NCBI GenBank assembly: GCA_963716725.1
Contig: CAVQUB010000013.1
Location: 408,426 to 472,425 of the forward strand
Origin: an uncultured delta proteobacterium
Lineage (GTDB): Bacteria; Myxococcota_A; Polyangia; Polyangiales; Polyangiaceae
Direction of reading: 5' to 3'
DNA length: 64,000 nt
The notes beneath the pieces are model-generated. The model saw nothing but the letters and a program-made list of their open reading frames with translations. It had not been told where the DNA came from and did not search any database. Of the stretch, positions 1 to 9,083 are shown piece after piece. A program made the translations under genes and the position numbers. Position 1 is the stretch's first letter. Every line of letters starts with the position of its first letter.

Positions 1-710
1 CACACGCCCACGGCCACCGCCTCTTGGCCCGTGCTCAGGTGGATCGCGGCCGTTGGCAAGCCGCCGGCCTGCCACTCGCCCGCGAGTCGCTCTTCGAGCT
101 CGCGGATCAACAGCATGCGCCGCAGCATCTCGATGCGCAGCTCACGCGGTGCTGTCGGGAGCTCGGCGTGGGCCGTGGCAGGCACGACTGGCTCGGTCCC
201 GGTCGGAGGACGGGTGTCCGTCGAACCGCCCGCGGCGGTGGTTCCGCGCTTGCGAAAGCGAGCCAGCAGCCGCCGCCAGTCGATCCGGCGCTTCTTCACC
301 GCTCCCGCGTCGCGCTCCTCGAGCCCCAGCTCCCGCAGCACCTCGGGGTAGATGCTGAAGGCGGGTCGAATGGCGGGCAGCAGCTTGAGCGCCCCGGTCA
401 CGTCACCGCGCGCCCGCACGCGTCCGGTGGCGATGGCGCGTACGGGGTTCAGCTGGCCGCTCCAGAACTCGTGGGCGGTGTCCGACGACTGCACCATCTC
501 GACGTCGGCCGGGCCGCTGTCGCCGGTCAAGAAGCGCGCGGGTCGATGCTCGAGATCGAAGGTCAGTACCGATCCGAGGTCGGGGTATCGAAAGCGGACG
601 ACGAGTTCGGTGCTGGTGAGGGGATCGGCGACGGCGGGCGACGCCATCAGGCGCTCGAACAGCTTGGCCATCACGCGCTCGAACTCGGCTCGGTCGGCGA
701 ATTTGGGCAT
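1..710 (-). CDS. SCP2 sterol/lipid-carrier domain fused to TPP-dependent dehydrogenase E1 alpha subunit (runs off window start)
   Basis: Not in the ORF track. Manual translation from ATG at 710 gives MPKFADRAEFERVMAKLFERL...ADVEMVQSSDTAHEFWSGQLNPVRAIATGRVRARGDV (SCP2-like), a linker, then in frame EMLRRMLLIRELEERL...IHLSTGQEAVAVGV (E1-alpha N-terminal motif). Confidence 0.8.
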   Translation of the reverse strand, partial: MPKFADRAEFERVMAKLFERLMASPAVADPLTSTELVVRFRYPDLGSVLTFDLEHRPARFLTGDSGPADVEMVQSSDTAHEFWSGQLNPVRAIATGRVRARGDVTGALKLLPAIRPAFSIYPEVLRELGLEERDAGAVKKRRIDWRRLLARFRKRGTTAAGGSTDTRPPTGTEPVVPATAHAELPTAPRELRIEMLRRMLLIRELEERLAGEWQAGGLPTAAIHLSTGQEAVAVGV

Positions 711-713
711 GGC

Positions 714-1790
714 TCACCCCGCAACGGATCGATGCGAGGCCAAGAGTGGCAGGCGCCGGCGCTGCCCGAGCTTCACCCACGACTTCACCGGCTCGAGGTT
801 GCCCTCGCACACCTCCGAGATCTCGACGCGATGAATCGATACGCATTTGTGACAGCTCTCGCCGGTCTTGCCCGCCAGCTCACGCAAGCGCGGGTGGCGC
901 AGCACCTGCTCCAGACTCTGATCCTTCAAATTGGCGATCGGTCGGGTCCCCCAGTGCATGCAGTCGACCACGTCGCCGTTGGCCTCGATGGGCAGCATGA
1001 ACTTGGGCCAGTGGCAGCTGTACTCCGGCGGGCCCTTCTGCATCATGCTCATGTGCGTGTTCGAGTTGAGAATGGGATAACCGCGCTGCTTGAGATCCTT
1101 CAAGACGCCGAACGCAGTGGAGAGTTCGGCCTGTGAGGGTGCAAAGCTCGAGATGTCAACGTCGCTCTCTGCGGTGGCCGCTTCTTCGCGCAGAGCGTTG
1201 AAGACACCGAGCACTCCCAGATCCGCCATCAGCTCGGCCATGCGCCGGAGTGTGGCTGTGTCGGCGTTGGCTTTCTGAAGCGTGCAGACGAATAGGATGG
1301 TCTTCTTCGGATCGCGCGCCCGAAGTGCCCGGGTGCCCGCCACGATCTCGCCGAACAGGCCGCGGATCCCGCGAATTTCGTCGTGTTTGACCGAAGGGTG
1401 GTCGAGCGAGATGCTGACCTTGTCGATGTTATCGGCGACGGCGTCGAGCTTCTTCCGGAGCAAGAAGCCATTGGTCACCATGTTGCTGATCAAGCCCACG
1501 TCCCGAGCGTGACGGACGATCTCCTCGAAGTCGCGATGCAAGAGCGGCTCGCCTCCCCAGATCGAAAGGCCGATGAATCCGGCGCGGCGCGCGTCGGTGT
1601 AGAGCTGCTTGATGGCCGGCGTCGAGAGCTGATCCCGCGGATCGTAGAAGTCCGGATTCCAAGCGCAGAAGCCGCAGCGTGCGTTGCAGCGTGCGGTGAG
1701 GGCATGCACCAAGTAGATCGGGTGTTGGACTCCCAGACGGGCTCCGGCGAGCCGGCGGGTGAGTTCGAAGATATTCGCTCTTGCGTTCAT
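714..1790 (-). CDS. Radical SAM protein with C-terminal SPASM/twitch-like Cys motifs
   Basis: CNARCGFC (CxxxCxxC), GGEP, TNG; C-terminal C...C...CHKC. Confidence 0.9.
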   Translation of the reverse strand: MNARANIFELTRRLAGARLGVQHPIYLVHALTARCNARCGFCAWNPDFYDPRDQLSTPAIKQLYTDARRAGFIGLSIWGGEPLLHRDFEEIVRHARDVGLISNMVTNGFLLRKKLDAVADNIDKVSISLDHPSVKHDEIRGIRGLFGEIVAGTRALRARDPKKTILFVCTLQKANADTATLRRMAELMADLGVLGVFNALREEAATAESDVDISSFAPSQAELSTAFGVLKDLKQRGYPILNSNTHMSMMQKGPPEYSCHWPKFMLPIEANGDVVDCMHWGTRPIANLKDQSLEQVLRHPRLRELAGKTGESCHKCVSIHRVEISEVCEGNLEPVKSWVKLGQRRRLPLLASHRSVAG

Positions 1791-2392
1791 GACGTGGACC
1801 TTTCGAGAAGCGTGGTGAGTTCGGCGACGTGGCGCCGACGAAGCGCCAGGCGCTCGGGCGACAGCGGGTCCTCTCCCAAGAATGCCCCGAGCACAGGCTC
1901 GTAGATGAAGTAGCCGGAGATCGCTCCGAACACGCTGATGGCGAGGTCGCGCGCGACGTCACGATCGCCGAAGTGCTGTTCGAGGAGCTCGCGCAGCGGG
2001 CCAACGATGGCGGCGGCGCTGTCGCGCACGACGTCTCCACGATCGATGAGCTGCCGGAGCAGGAGCCGCTGCAGATCTCGTTCTTCGACCAAGAAGTCGA
2101 AGTGAGCGAGAGCGAGGCGGACCGGCAACCCGGCTCGGTCGCCTTCTGCAACCGCGGCAGAGAGCCGCTTCAGAAGGCGGCTCTGGGCATCGGCCACGAC
2201 GGTGTCGTAGAGCGCCTGCTTGCCGCCAAAGTAGTAGTTGATCATCGCTGCGGTGGTGGCTGCGCGCTCGGCGATGGTCCGCACCGAGGCGGCGCCGAAG
2301 CCGCTCTCCGCAAACTCGCTCCGCGCCGCCGCCACGATGCGCTCGCGCACGCCATCGCTCGCCGACCCAGGAATCATGCTCGAATCAGCCAT
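1787..2392 (-). CDS. TetR/AcrR family transcriptional regulator
   Basis: N-terminal HTH RERIVAAARSEFAESGFGAASVRTIAERA...INYYFGGKQALY; ATGA overlap with the downstream gene. Confidence 0.93.
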   Translation of the reverse strand: MADSSMIPGSASDGVRERIVAAARSEFAESGFGAASVRTIAERAATTAAMINYYFGGKQALYDTVVADAQSRLLKRLSAAVAEGDRAGLPVRLALAHFDFLVEERDLQRLLLRQLIDRGDVVRDSAAAIVGPLRELLEQHFGDRDVARDLAISVFGAISGYFIYEPVLGAFLGEDPLSPERLALRRRHVAELTTLLERSTS

Positions 2393-2442
2393 TAAACACT
2401 CGTTCTAAACACGTGTTTAACAACCGGCGATGGCAAAGTCAA
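2393..2442 (-). promoter_or_regulatory. Sigma70-type promoter overlapped by a palindromic TetR operator
   Basis: Minus strand TTGACT (2437-2442), 17 bp spacer, TAAACA (2414-2419). Perfect 14-bp palindrome TAAACACGTGTTTA at 2406-2419 and a degenerate copy TAAACACTCGTT at 2393-2404. Confidence 0.75.
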
Positions 2443-2461
2443 GCGCCGGACGCGCCGGGCA

Positions 2462-3616
2462 TCATTCGACGGTGATCAATGGCGCTGCGAACCCGCCGCC
2501 GGCGAAGTCCGCGTCGCGGATCAGCTCGGGCGCGGCGCCCGATCCGCCCAAGTCGAAGGCCTCGATGCTCTGGGTCGTCGCGGCCAAGACGCGCCCCGCC
2601 GGCGACAGCGCGAGCGAGCGGCAGAACCATGGTGACGACTCCACCGGACCGGAGAGCGGAACCATCGATGGTTCCGCGTCGAGGCGGAGCGGCAGGAGCA
2701 CCAGGGCGCCGGTCGAAGATCCCCGGGACAAGAGCAGGACGAGCGCGTCCCGATCCGCGGCGACCTCCACGCACTCGATGCTGCCCTTCGCGCCCGGCAC
2801 CGTCACGCTGCGGAAGCTCGTCGGCACCGCAGGATCGACCCGGGAGATCTCGGCGATCTCGATCTGCGACCCGTCCTCGTGCTTCCTCACCAAGTACGCT
2901 TCGTCGCGATCCTCAGCGCCCGCGAGACGCGAGCTCGGACGACCCGGGGCTGGGATGGAGTGGAAGTCGATCTGCCACTGCGAGTCGAAGCGCGCCACGA
3001 GCAGTGAGTCGAAGGTCTCGCCTGCGTCGAAGCCGGTACTGCTCAAGGACAAGAGCCGTCCCGGAACGCTCGCCGATACGAGGCTCGAGGGGCGATTGAT
3101 CGCTTGGCTGCCCGGCACCAGGCGCAGAGCGGAGTCGAGCAACGACCAGGTCACCGCCATGTCCTCGGTCAGGACCAAGACGTAGGGCGGGAAGGGAAAG
3201 AGACGCGCGCCGGGTCCAAGCTCATCGCTCTCGCCCACCAGAGAGAGCTGCCCGTCGACGATGTCGAAGGCTCGAACCCTGGAGGTCTCCAGGTCGTTGG
3301 GCGAGGTCGCCGCGAGGAGCCGCGAGCCATCGAGCACCAGATCGCCGACCACCTCGCCGACGACGGTCGTCGACAGCACGTGGCCCGTCGCCGGGTCGAA
3401 GGCCGCGACTTGGCTCGGTCCACTGCGAGCGTAGGCGCGCTTCTTCAAACTCGGAGCGACGGAGCTCACAGGAGGGCCGATGGCGGGGTCCGCAGGGATC
3501 GTCGCCGGACCAGGACCCGCGTCGTGTTCTTCAGCGACCGCTCGGAAGGGCTCACCCGCGCAGGCGGTGAGCACGAGCACACAGAGACTCGCGATGGACT
3601 TTCGGATCGGTGGCAT
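2462..3616 (-). CDS. Hypothetical lipoprotein, possibly beta-propeller-like
   Basis: Lipobox LTAC; beta-strand-rich sequence. Confidence 0.7.
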   Translation of the reverse strand: MPPIRKSIASLCVLVLTACAGEPFRAVAEEHDAGPGPATIPADPAIGPPVSSVAPSLKKRAYARSGPSQVAAFDPATGHVLSTTVVGEVVGDLVLDGSRLLAATSPNDLETSRVRAFDIVDGQLSLVGESDELGPGARLFPFPPYVLVLTEDMAVTWSLLDSALRLVPGSQAINRPSSLVSASVPGRLLSLSSTGFDAGETFDSLLVARFDSQWQIDFHSIPAPGRPSSRLAGAEDRDEAYLVRKHEDGSQIEIAEISRVDPAVPTSFRSVTVPGAKGSIECVEVAADRDALVLLLSRGSSTGALVLLPLRLDAEPSMVPLSGPVESSPWFCRSLALSPAGRVLAATTQSIEAFDLGGSGAAPELIRDADFAGGGFAAPLITVE

Positions 3617-3698
3617 GACCCCGCCTCGGCCCGCGCCGGCGGAGAGTTTCCGAAAAAGTCTTGCTCACGCATTCAGCACTTGGGCGCAGGTGCGCTGC

Positions 3699-4190
3699 TC
3701 AGTCCAACTCGCGCGGGCGCCACACCTGAACGAGCTCCGCTCCCGCTTCGCGGCCGACCTCCGCCCAATCATCGACCGCGAGACTGAAGCGCGCGATGGC
3801 CGCCGTGGGCATCGCCTCACGCATGGCAGCAAGGTCGCTCACCAGCTCTTCGGTGCCGGGGTTGTGGCCGACCACCAAGAGACAGCCGACTTCGTCGGAA
3901 ACACCGGCGATCTCCTCGAGGATCTGCCCGGGGGACGCCAGGTAGAGCTCACGTCGGAGTCGCAGCTCGGGCTTCCAGCCAAATGCTTCGGCGACCGCCG
4001 ACGCGGTGGTCCGTGCGCGCAGCGCGGTGGAGCTCAGGATCAGATCCGGAACCACGGCGTGCTGGACCAAGATCGCGGCCATCTGCGGCGCGCTGCGTTC
4101 ACCGCGGGTGTTGAGCGGGCGATCGTGATCCGAGACGCCGTCGTCGTCCCAGCTCGACTTGGCGTGTCGCATCAAGAGCAGCGTCTTCAT
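3699..4190 (-). CDS. sixA: SixA-like histidine phosphatase
   Basis: MKTLLLMRHAKSSW...DHDRPLNTRG...VGHNP motifs. Confidence 0.88.
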   Translation of the reverse strand: MKTLLLMRHAKSSWDDDGVSDHDRPLNTRGERSAPQMAAILVQHAVVPDLILSSTALRARTTASAVAEAFGWKPELRLRRELYLASPGQILEEIAGVSDEVGCLLVVGHNPGTEELVSDLAAMREAMPTAAIARFSLAVDDWAEVGREAGAELVQVWRPRELD

Positions 4191-4191
4191 C

Positions 4192-5811
4192 TCAGGGCTT
4201 CTTCGCCGGGAGCCACTCGGCCTTGGTGGTGAGCGCGGTGCCAATCTCGACCCGGGTGATGTCCCCCTTGTCGCAGACGATCTTCACCTTCGGAACGCCC
4301 TCGTCCGTGGTGACGACGCTGGCGACCTTGGCGGTCTCGGTGTGGACCTGGCCCGCGCAGAAGGCCATGACCTTCAGCCCCGCGCTGACGACGCCCGCGC
4401 GCAGCGAGGCGACGTCGACCACGACGTTGGCCTTGTCCGCCATGCGCTCGACGGTGGCCTTGCGGCCCTCGACCTTCTTGACGGTGCCGAGGTGGTAGTC
4501 CTTGGCGGGTGCGCGCAGCGGCGCCCACACCACCACGCCCGTCAGCTGGTCGCCCGGCGGCAGCCAGGAGCTGGTGTCGGTCGGCTTGAGGTTCTTGGCC
4601 TCGACCCAGGCGCTGGCCTTCTCGAAGAGCGACGGGCCTTCGGCCGCACCGGGATCTTCTTTGGCGATCAGCGCAAAGGCCCCGCCCTTGCCCAAAAGCC
4701 ACGTCTTCTGCCCGTGGTCGAGCTTGCCGGACTCCGCTCCGGCACTGCTCTCTGCGGGCCTCAGTGAGAGGGCACCCCAGGCCCATGCCGCGCTAGGCTT
4801 CGTCAGCTTGCAGCGCAGGCGCTCGCACTCCACCGCAATCGCCAGCCGCCAACGTGCCATCTCGATCTCATCGGGCACCTTTTCCCAGCCCGCGACCTTC
4901 ACCGCGTCGTCGATCTGCTTCTGAACTTCTCCGGGTTTCTTGGCGCCGAGCGCGGTCTTGATCAGCGCCTGGATGTGCAGCTTGACGGCGTCGCGCACCA
5001 CGTCGTTGGCGATGGCCCGCTCGGCGGAGGTCAGCTTGCCTTCCTTTTCGAGCGCATCCAGCTTGGCGAAAGCCTCCTGCCACTTCTGCGCGTCGAGCAG
5101 CGGCTTCAGCACGCCGAGACCCCGATGCACCAACTGCTGTTGGAGGACCTTCTCGAGCTTCGCGTAGCTCTCCTTGTCGAAGGCCGTGGTGGTGTCGGGC
5201 GCGGTCAACAGCGAGCGCGCGGCCTCCACGTTTCCCGCCTTCACTTCCTCGGCCAACTTCTGCTCGAGACAGCCGAAGAGCGCGGCCTTGGTCTTGTCCT
5301 TGAGCGCAGTCTTGAAGTGCTGCCTCGCCTTGGCGCGCACTGGATCCGCGACTGCCTTCAGCGCGCTGGCGCACTTGCCCGCGCTCGCGTTCTCGATGGC
5401 CCGCTTGGCGGAGCGTTCGGCCCGCGCATCGTCGATGTCCTGCTGAACGGCTCGCGCGGCCTGGGTGAGATCGACACCGGCGTACAGCGTCGCCTCTTCC
5501 GCGCGATCGTCCGCCGTCGAGAAGTCCGAGGCCTTCAGCAGCGCTCGTGCTTCGTCGACCAGGAGCTGCGCGAGTTCGTCGCGACCTTCCGCCGCCGCAT
5601 TGGTGTCACGAAACCGCGAGACCAGTCGCCGGTAGGGCTCGGGCTTCTTCTCGGCGCGAGCCCTGGCCAGGAGGCTTGCGGCGCGCTCCTCGTCACGCTG
5701 CGAACCCGCCGGAGTCTCCGATCCGGCCCCGCCGCCGCCGCATGCGGCGACTGTCGACGCGAGCACGCCCACCAGCCCCAGGACCCTGAAACCCGAAGTG
5801 AAGCTCATCAC
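4192..5811 (-). CDS. Hypothetical lipoprotein (helical N-terminal part, SH3/Tudor-like beta C-terminal part)
   Basis: Lipobox VAAC; long ORF with GC-rich third positions. Confidence 0.75.
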   Translation of the reverse strand: MMSFTSGFRVLGLVGVLASTVAACGGGGAGSETPAGSQRDEERAASLLARARAEKKPEPYRRLVSRFRDTNAAAEGRDELAQLLVDEARALLKASDFSTADDRAEEATLYAGVDLTQAARAVQQDIDDARAERSAKRAIENASAGKCASALKAVADPVRAKARQHFKTALKDKTKAALFGCLEQKLAEEVKAGNVEAARSLLTAPDTTTAFDKESYAKLEKVLQQQLVHRGLGVLKPLLDAQKWQEAFAKLDALEKEGKLTSAERAIANDVVRDAVKLHIQALIKTALGAKKPGEVQKQIDDAVKVAGWEKVPDEIEMARWRLAIAVECERLRCKLTKPSAAWAWGALSLRPAESSAGAESGKLDHGQKTWLLGKGGAFALIAKEDPGAAEGPSLFEKASAWVEAKNLKPTDTSSWLPPGDQLTGVVVWAPLRAPAKDYHLGTVKKVEGRKATVERMADKANVVVDVASLRAGVVSAGLKVMAFCAGQVHTETAKVASVVTTDEGVPKVKIVCDKGDITRVEIGTALTTKAEWLPAKKP

Positions 5812-5901
5812 GCGGAGGATGGTTCCGCCGGGGCGCCGTCATAGTCAAGTGGAGCGGTTCCATCGGGCCCCGAGTCAATCTATTGAGCAACGGAGACCGC
5901 C

Positions 5902-6498
5902 GTGCCCAACCCTGCCCCGCCGCTCCCCGAAGGCTCCGCTGACGTCGCCGCGTGGGCCCGGGGCCGACGCATGAAGCTGGAACCGTGGCCCGACCAAGCG
6001 TGGTTCTCGGCGTGGGAGCCCTTCGACACCATGGTCGGCGCAGAAGCGTGGTTCAACGCGGCTTCGTGGTCGGTGCCACCAGGCAGCGCGACCATCGCCG
6101 AGCCGTGGCACGCCCTCGTCGACAGCGAGCCCGTGGATCGCACGGCGCTGCTGTTCGTGACGCATCCTGGCTTCGTGCGCCGCGCGGCCGCCCGGGGCGG
6201 AGAACACTTCAATACCCGCGTGAGCTACCTGGAGAATCCGCCGATGCCGACGGTGAAGGTCGGCGACCCGGTTTGGGACGAGCACATGCTCACGCTCGCC
6301 GCGTCGCCGTCCGAAGCCGCAGCGGCGTTTCCCAAGGGAGCCCGAGCCCTCCTGGCCTCGTGGCGATTCTCGGGCCACATCGAGGTCCGACCGGGGGGGC
6401 TCGTCGTTCACTTCGCGGGGACGCGGCCCATGCCTGCCCACCTCGATCGGCTGTTTCACGCCACGGAAGCGCTGGTCAAAGAGCTTGCACGCAGCTGA
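5902..6498 (+). CDS. Hypothetical protein
   Basis: 198-aa ORF with GGAG RBS and plausible codon usage. Confidence 0.7.
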   Translation: MPNPAPPLPEGSADVAAWARGRRMKLEPWPDQAWFSAWEPFDTMVGAEAWFNAASWSVPPGSATIAEPWHALVDSEPVDRTALLFVTHPGFVRRAAARGGEHFNTRVSYLENPPMPTVKVGDPVWDEHMLTLAASPSEAAAAFPKGARALLASWRFSGHIEVRPGGLVVHFAGTRPMPAHLDRLFHATEALVKELARS

Positions 6499-6544
6499 GC
6501 CGCCCGCTGTGAAGCCCGGCGTCTAGTGCTACCGTGAGCCCACG

Positions 6545-7246
6545 ATGGCGCAGCGGATCTTGGTGGTCGAGGACGAACCCGCCATTGCGGAGTCCGTCGC
6601 CTACGCTCTGCGCCGCGACGGATTTGCCGTAGAGATCGCAGGAACCTGCGCCCAGGCCACGAGCGCGGGCGACGCCGAGCTGATCGTGCTCGACCTGATG
6701 CTGCCCGACGGCAGCGGGTTCGACCTGATCGGCAGCTGGCGTCGAGCCGGGCGCCTCACCCCCATCATCGTGCTCTCGAGCCGCGACGGGGAGGCCGACC
6801 GCGTCGCCGCCCTCGAGACGGGCGCCGACGACTACGTCATGAAGCCATTTTCGCCGCGAGAAGTCGTGGCCCGAGTGCGAGCCGTGTTGCGCCGCGTGGG
6901 TCCCGCCGCGAGCTCGCCCGGAGCCGCCGAGCTGAGCCCGCTCTCGGCCGATCAGTCGACACGACGCGCCCAAGTCGACGGCAAGCCGCTGGAGTTGACC
7001 CGCGTCGAGTTCGACCTGCTGGCAAACCTGCTCGAGAGTCCGGGACGCGTGTACACCCGCGCACAGATCATCGACAAGGTCTGGGGCGACGGCTTCGCCA
7101 TCACGGATCGCACCATCGATTCCCACGTGAAGAGCCTGCGCAAGAAGGTCGCGGACGCGGGCGGGGATCCGGGGCTCATCGAGACCGTGCGTGGCGTGGG
7201 CTATCGCGTCGCCGATCAGCCTCGCCCGCCAGCAGAGAAGCCGTGA
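6545..7246 (+). CDS. OmpR/PhoB-family response regulator (CreB-like)
   Basis: ILVVEDE, DLMLPD, ADDYVMKPF, winged helix ETVRGVGY. Confidence 0.95.
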   Translation: MAQRILVVEDEPAIAESVAYALRRDGFAVEIAGTCAQATSAGDAELIVLDLMLPDGSGFDLIGSWRRAGRLTPIIVLSSRDGEADRVAALETGADDYVMKPFSPREVVARVRAVLRRVGPAASSPGAAELSPLSADQSTRRAQVDGKPLELTRVEFDLLANLLESPGRVYTRAQIIDKVWGDGFAITDRTIDSHVKSLRKKVADAGGDPGLIETVRGVGYRVADQPRPPAEKP

Positions 7247-8730
7247 CGCGACTGATCATCGTCGCGGCGGCTGCCATCGCGCTGATCTTGTTCGCGGCGT
7301 TCATCGCGGCGCGCCTGCTCGCGACCCGCACCCGCGGACTCTCGATCCGCATGCAGATCTTCCTCGCCCTCGCCCTCATCGTCGGCGCCTTCGCCTTCGG
7401 CCTCGGCATCATGGTGATCGATCGCATCGAGGCCCGCGCGGTGCGCCTGGCCAATCAAGCTGCGCTGGACGAGAGCGCTATCGTGGCCGGGATCTTCGGC
7501 GCCGAAATGGATCGCGGCAACCTGCGCGTCGAAGACATCGCGGTGCGCCTCGAAGCGGAGCGCCTGCGCGGCGCGGAGCTGAGCTTCGAGTTGCTCGACC
7601 GCGAGGGGCGCATGCTCTTTCCCCGGGGCAAGGCCAGCCGAAAGGGCGAACCGGGCACCGTGACCGTGGACTCACCGATCCTCACCCGCGGCGCCGTCGC
7701 CGGCTCAGCCCGAGTCGTCAAACCAACCGTCGTGATGCGACGGTTGCTCGAGGACTTCGCGCCCACCGTGCTGGTGATCAGCCTGGTGCTCGGCGCCGCC
7801 GCCGCCGCTGCCGCGGTGCTCATCGGGCGCGCCATCGCACGCCCCATCGAGAAGCTCACGGCCTTCGCCGAGAAAGTCAGCGCCGGTGAACGCGTCGCCG
7901 CGCCGCTGGAGCCCGCGGGTCGCGAGGTGACCCGGCTCAATCGCTCCATCGACTCGATGCGACGCCAGCTCCAGGGGCGGCCCTTCGTCGAGACCTTCGC
8001 CGCCGATTTATCCCACGAGCTCAAGAACCCCGTGGCCGCGATCCGAGCCAGCGCCGAGGTCCTGGAAGAGGGCGCCATCGACGAGCCCGAAGAAGCCCGC
8101 CGCTTCGTGGCTCGCATTCGCGAAGCCACCGAGCGAATCGAGCGCCTGCTCGGAGACCTCCTGAGCCTGGCGCGCATCGAGGCTCGCGGCGCGGAGGATC
8201 TCGAGGTCGTGGAGCTCGCGAACGCTACGGAGATCGCCATCGACGCCCTCGGCGACGCCTCTGGGCGCGTCACCTTTCGCGCCGACGGCGACACGCGGAT
8301 CCACGGCGACGAGGCCTGGCTCGTACGCGCGGTCGGCAACCTGCTCGAGAACGCTCTGATCCACGCCAGCGATGCCGATCCCATCGAGCTCGTCCTGCGC
8401 CGCGACGAGGACGGCGTCGTGCTCATCGTCTCGAATTCGGGCGCCGTGTCCAAGCACGTGCGCGAGCGGCTCTTCCGTCGCTTCGTCACCACTCGATCGG
8501 ACAAGGGCGGCACCGGCCTCGGCCTCTCCATCGTCCGTGCCGTCGCCGAGGCCCACGGCGGCCGGGCGGAACTCCGGGATCCGGGTCCGCCGAAGGTCGT
8601 GCTTCGGCTCACCTTTCCGCCGGCGCGCCGCCGCGCGGCCGAACAAATTCGAGAGGCCGCCGACGAGGCCCGCGAAGCGCTCGAGCGGCGCTCGAAGCCA
8701 AGACACGACGCGCCGAGCGAGACTGAGTGA
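7243..8730 (+). CDS. Membrane sensor histidine kinase with HAMP domain (CreC-like)
   Basis: TM helices, SHELKNP H-box, NLLENA N-box, GTGLGL G2-box; GTGA overlap with the regulator. Confidence 0.93.
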   Translation: MTRLIIVAAAAIALILFAAFIAARLLATRTRGLSIRMQIFLALALIVGAFAFGLGIMVIDRIEARAVRLANQAALDESAIVAGIFGAEMDRGNLRVEDIAVRLEAERLRGAELSFELLDREGRMLFPRGKASRKGEPGTVTVDSPILTRGAVAGSARVVKPTVVMRRLLEDFAPTVLVISLVLGAAAAAAAVLIGRAIARPIEKLTAFAEKVSAGERVAAPLEPAGREVTRLNRSIDSMRRQLQGRPFVETFAADLSHELKNPVAAIRASAEVLEEGAIDEPEEARRFVARIREATERIERLLGDLLSLARIEARGAEDLEVVELANATEIAIDALGDASGRVTFRADGDTRIHGDEAWLVRAVGNLLENALIHASDADPIELVLRRDEDGVVLIVSNSGAVSKHVRERLFRRFVTTRSDKGGTGLGLSIVRAVAEAHGGRAELRDPGPPKVVLRLTFPPARRRAAEQIREAADEAREALERRSKPRHDAPSETE

Positions 8731-8802
8731 GACTCGAGCCTCACGCCTCACGCCCTCTGATGTCGGACACGCACACACCGAGTGGCGTACAAGCCTGTTT
8801 CA

Positions 8803-8931
8803 CTCCGGGTGGCGCTCCCGCCGGCACGCCGACGGGCCGCCGAGTCGCTCAAAGAAGCTGCCGGCGAGGCCCGCGAGGCGCTCGAGCGGCGCTCCCGACC
8901 GCGTCACTATTCGCCCGAAGCACCAGGATAA
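8803..8931 (+). repeat. Diverged direct copy of the kinase 3' end (8602-8730)
   Basis: Translates LRVALPPARRRAAESLKEAAGEAREALERRSRPRHYSPEAPG* versus kinase LRLTFPPARRRAAEQIREAADEAREALERRSKPRHDAPSETE*; same length, offset 201 bp. Confidence 0.9.
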
Positions 8932-9083
8932 GCTGCCGCAATCACTCAGTTTATACAACTGCCAGCCGCGATTCCATCAAACCTCCACACAGGGCCCCGA
9001 GTTCCCGCGCTTTTGTCTGCCACCTTGTCGAAAGTACAAGGCCGCTGAGCTTCAGCTTCGGCTTCGAGAAACGGAAAAAGAGC

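Noticed and set aside
24..1136. Long plus-strand ORF, and similar antisense ORFs such as 7455..8744, 54710..56584 and 48072..49397
   Set aside because: Shadow frames of real genes on the opposite strand, typical of high-GC DNA; no motifs.
8727..9083. N-terminal extension of uppS in the ORF track
   Set aside because: Homology starts at GTG 9084; the upstream stretch is intergenic and contains the kinase-tail duplicate.
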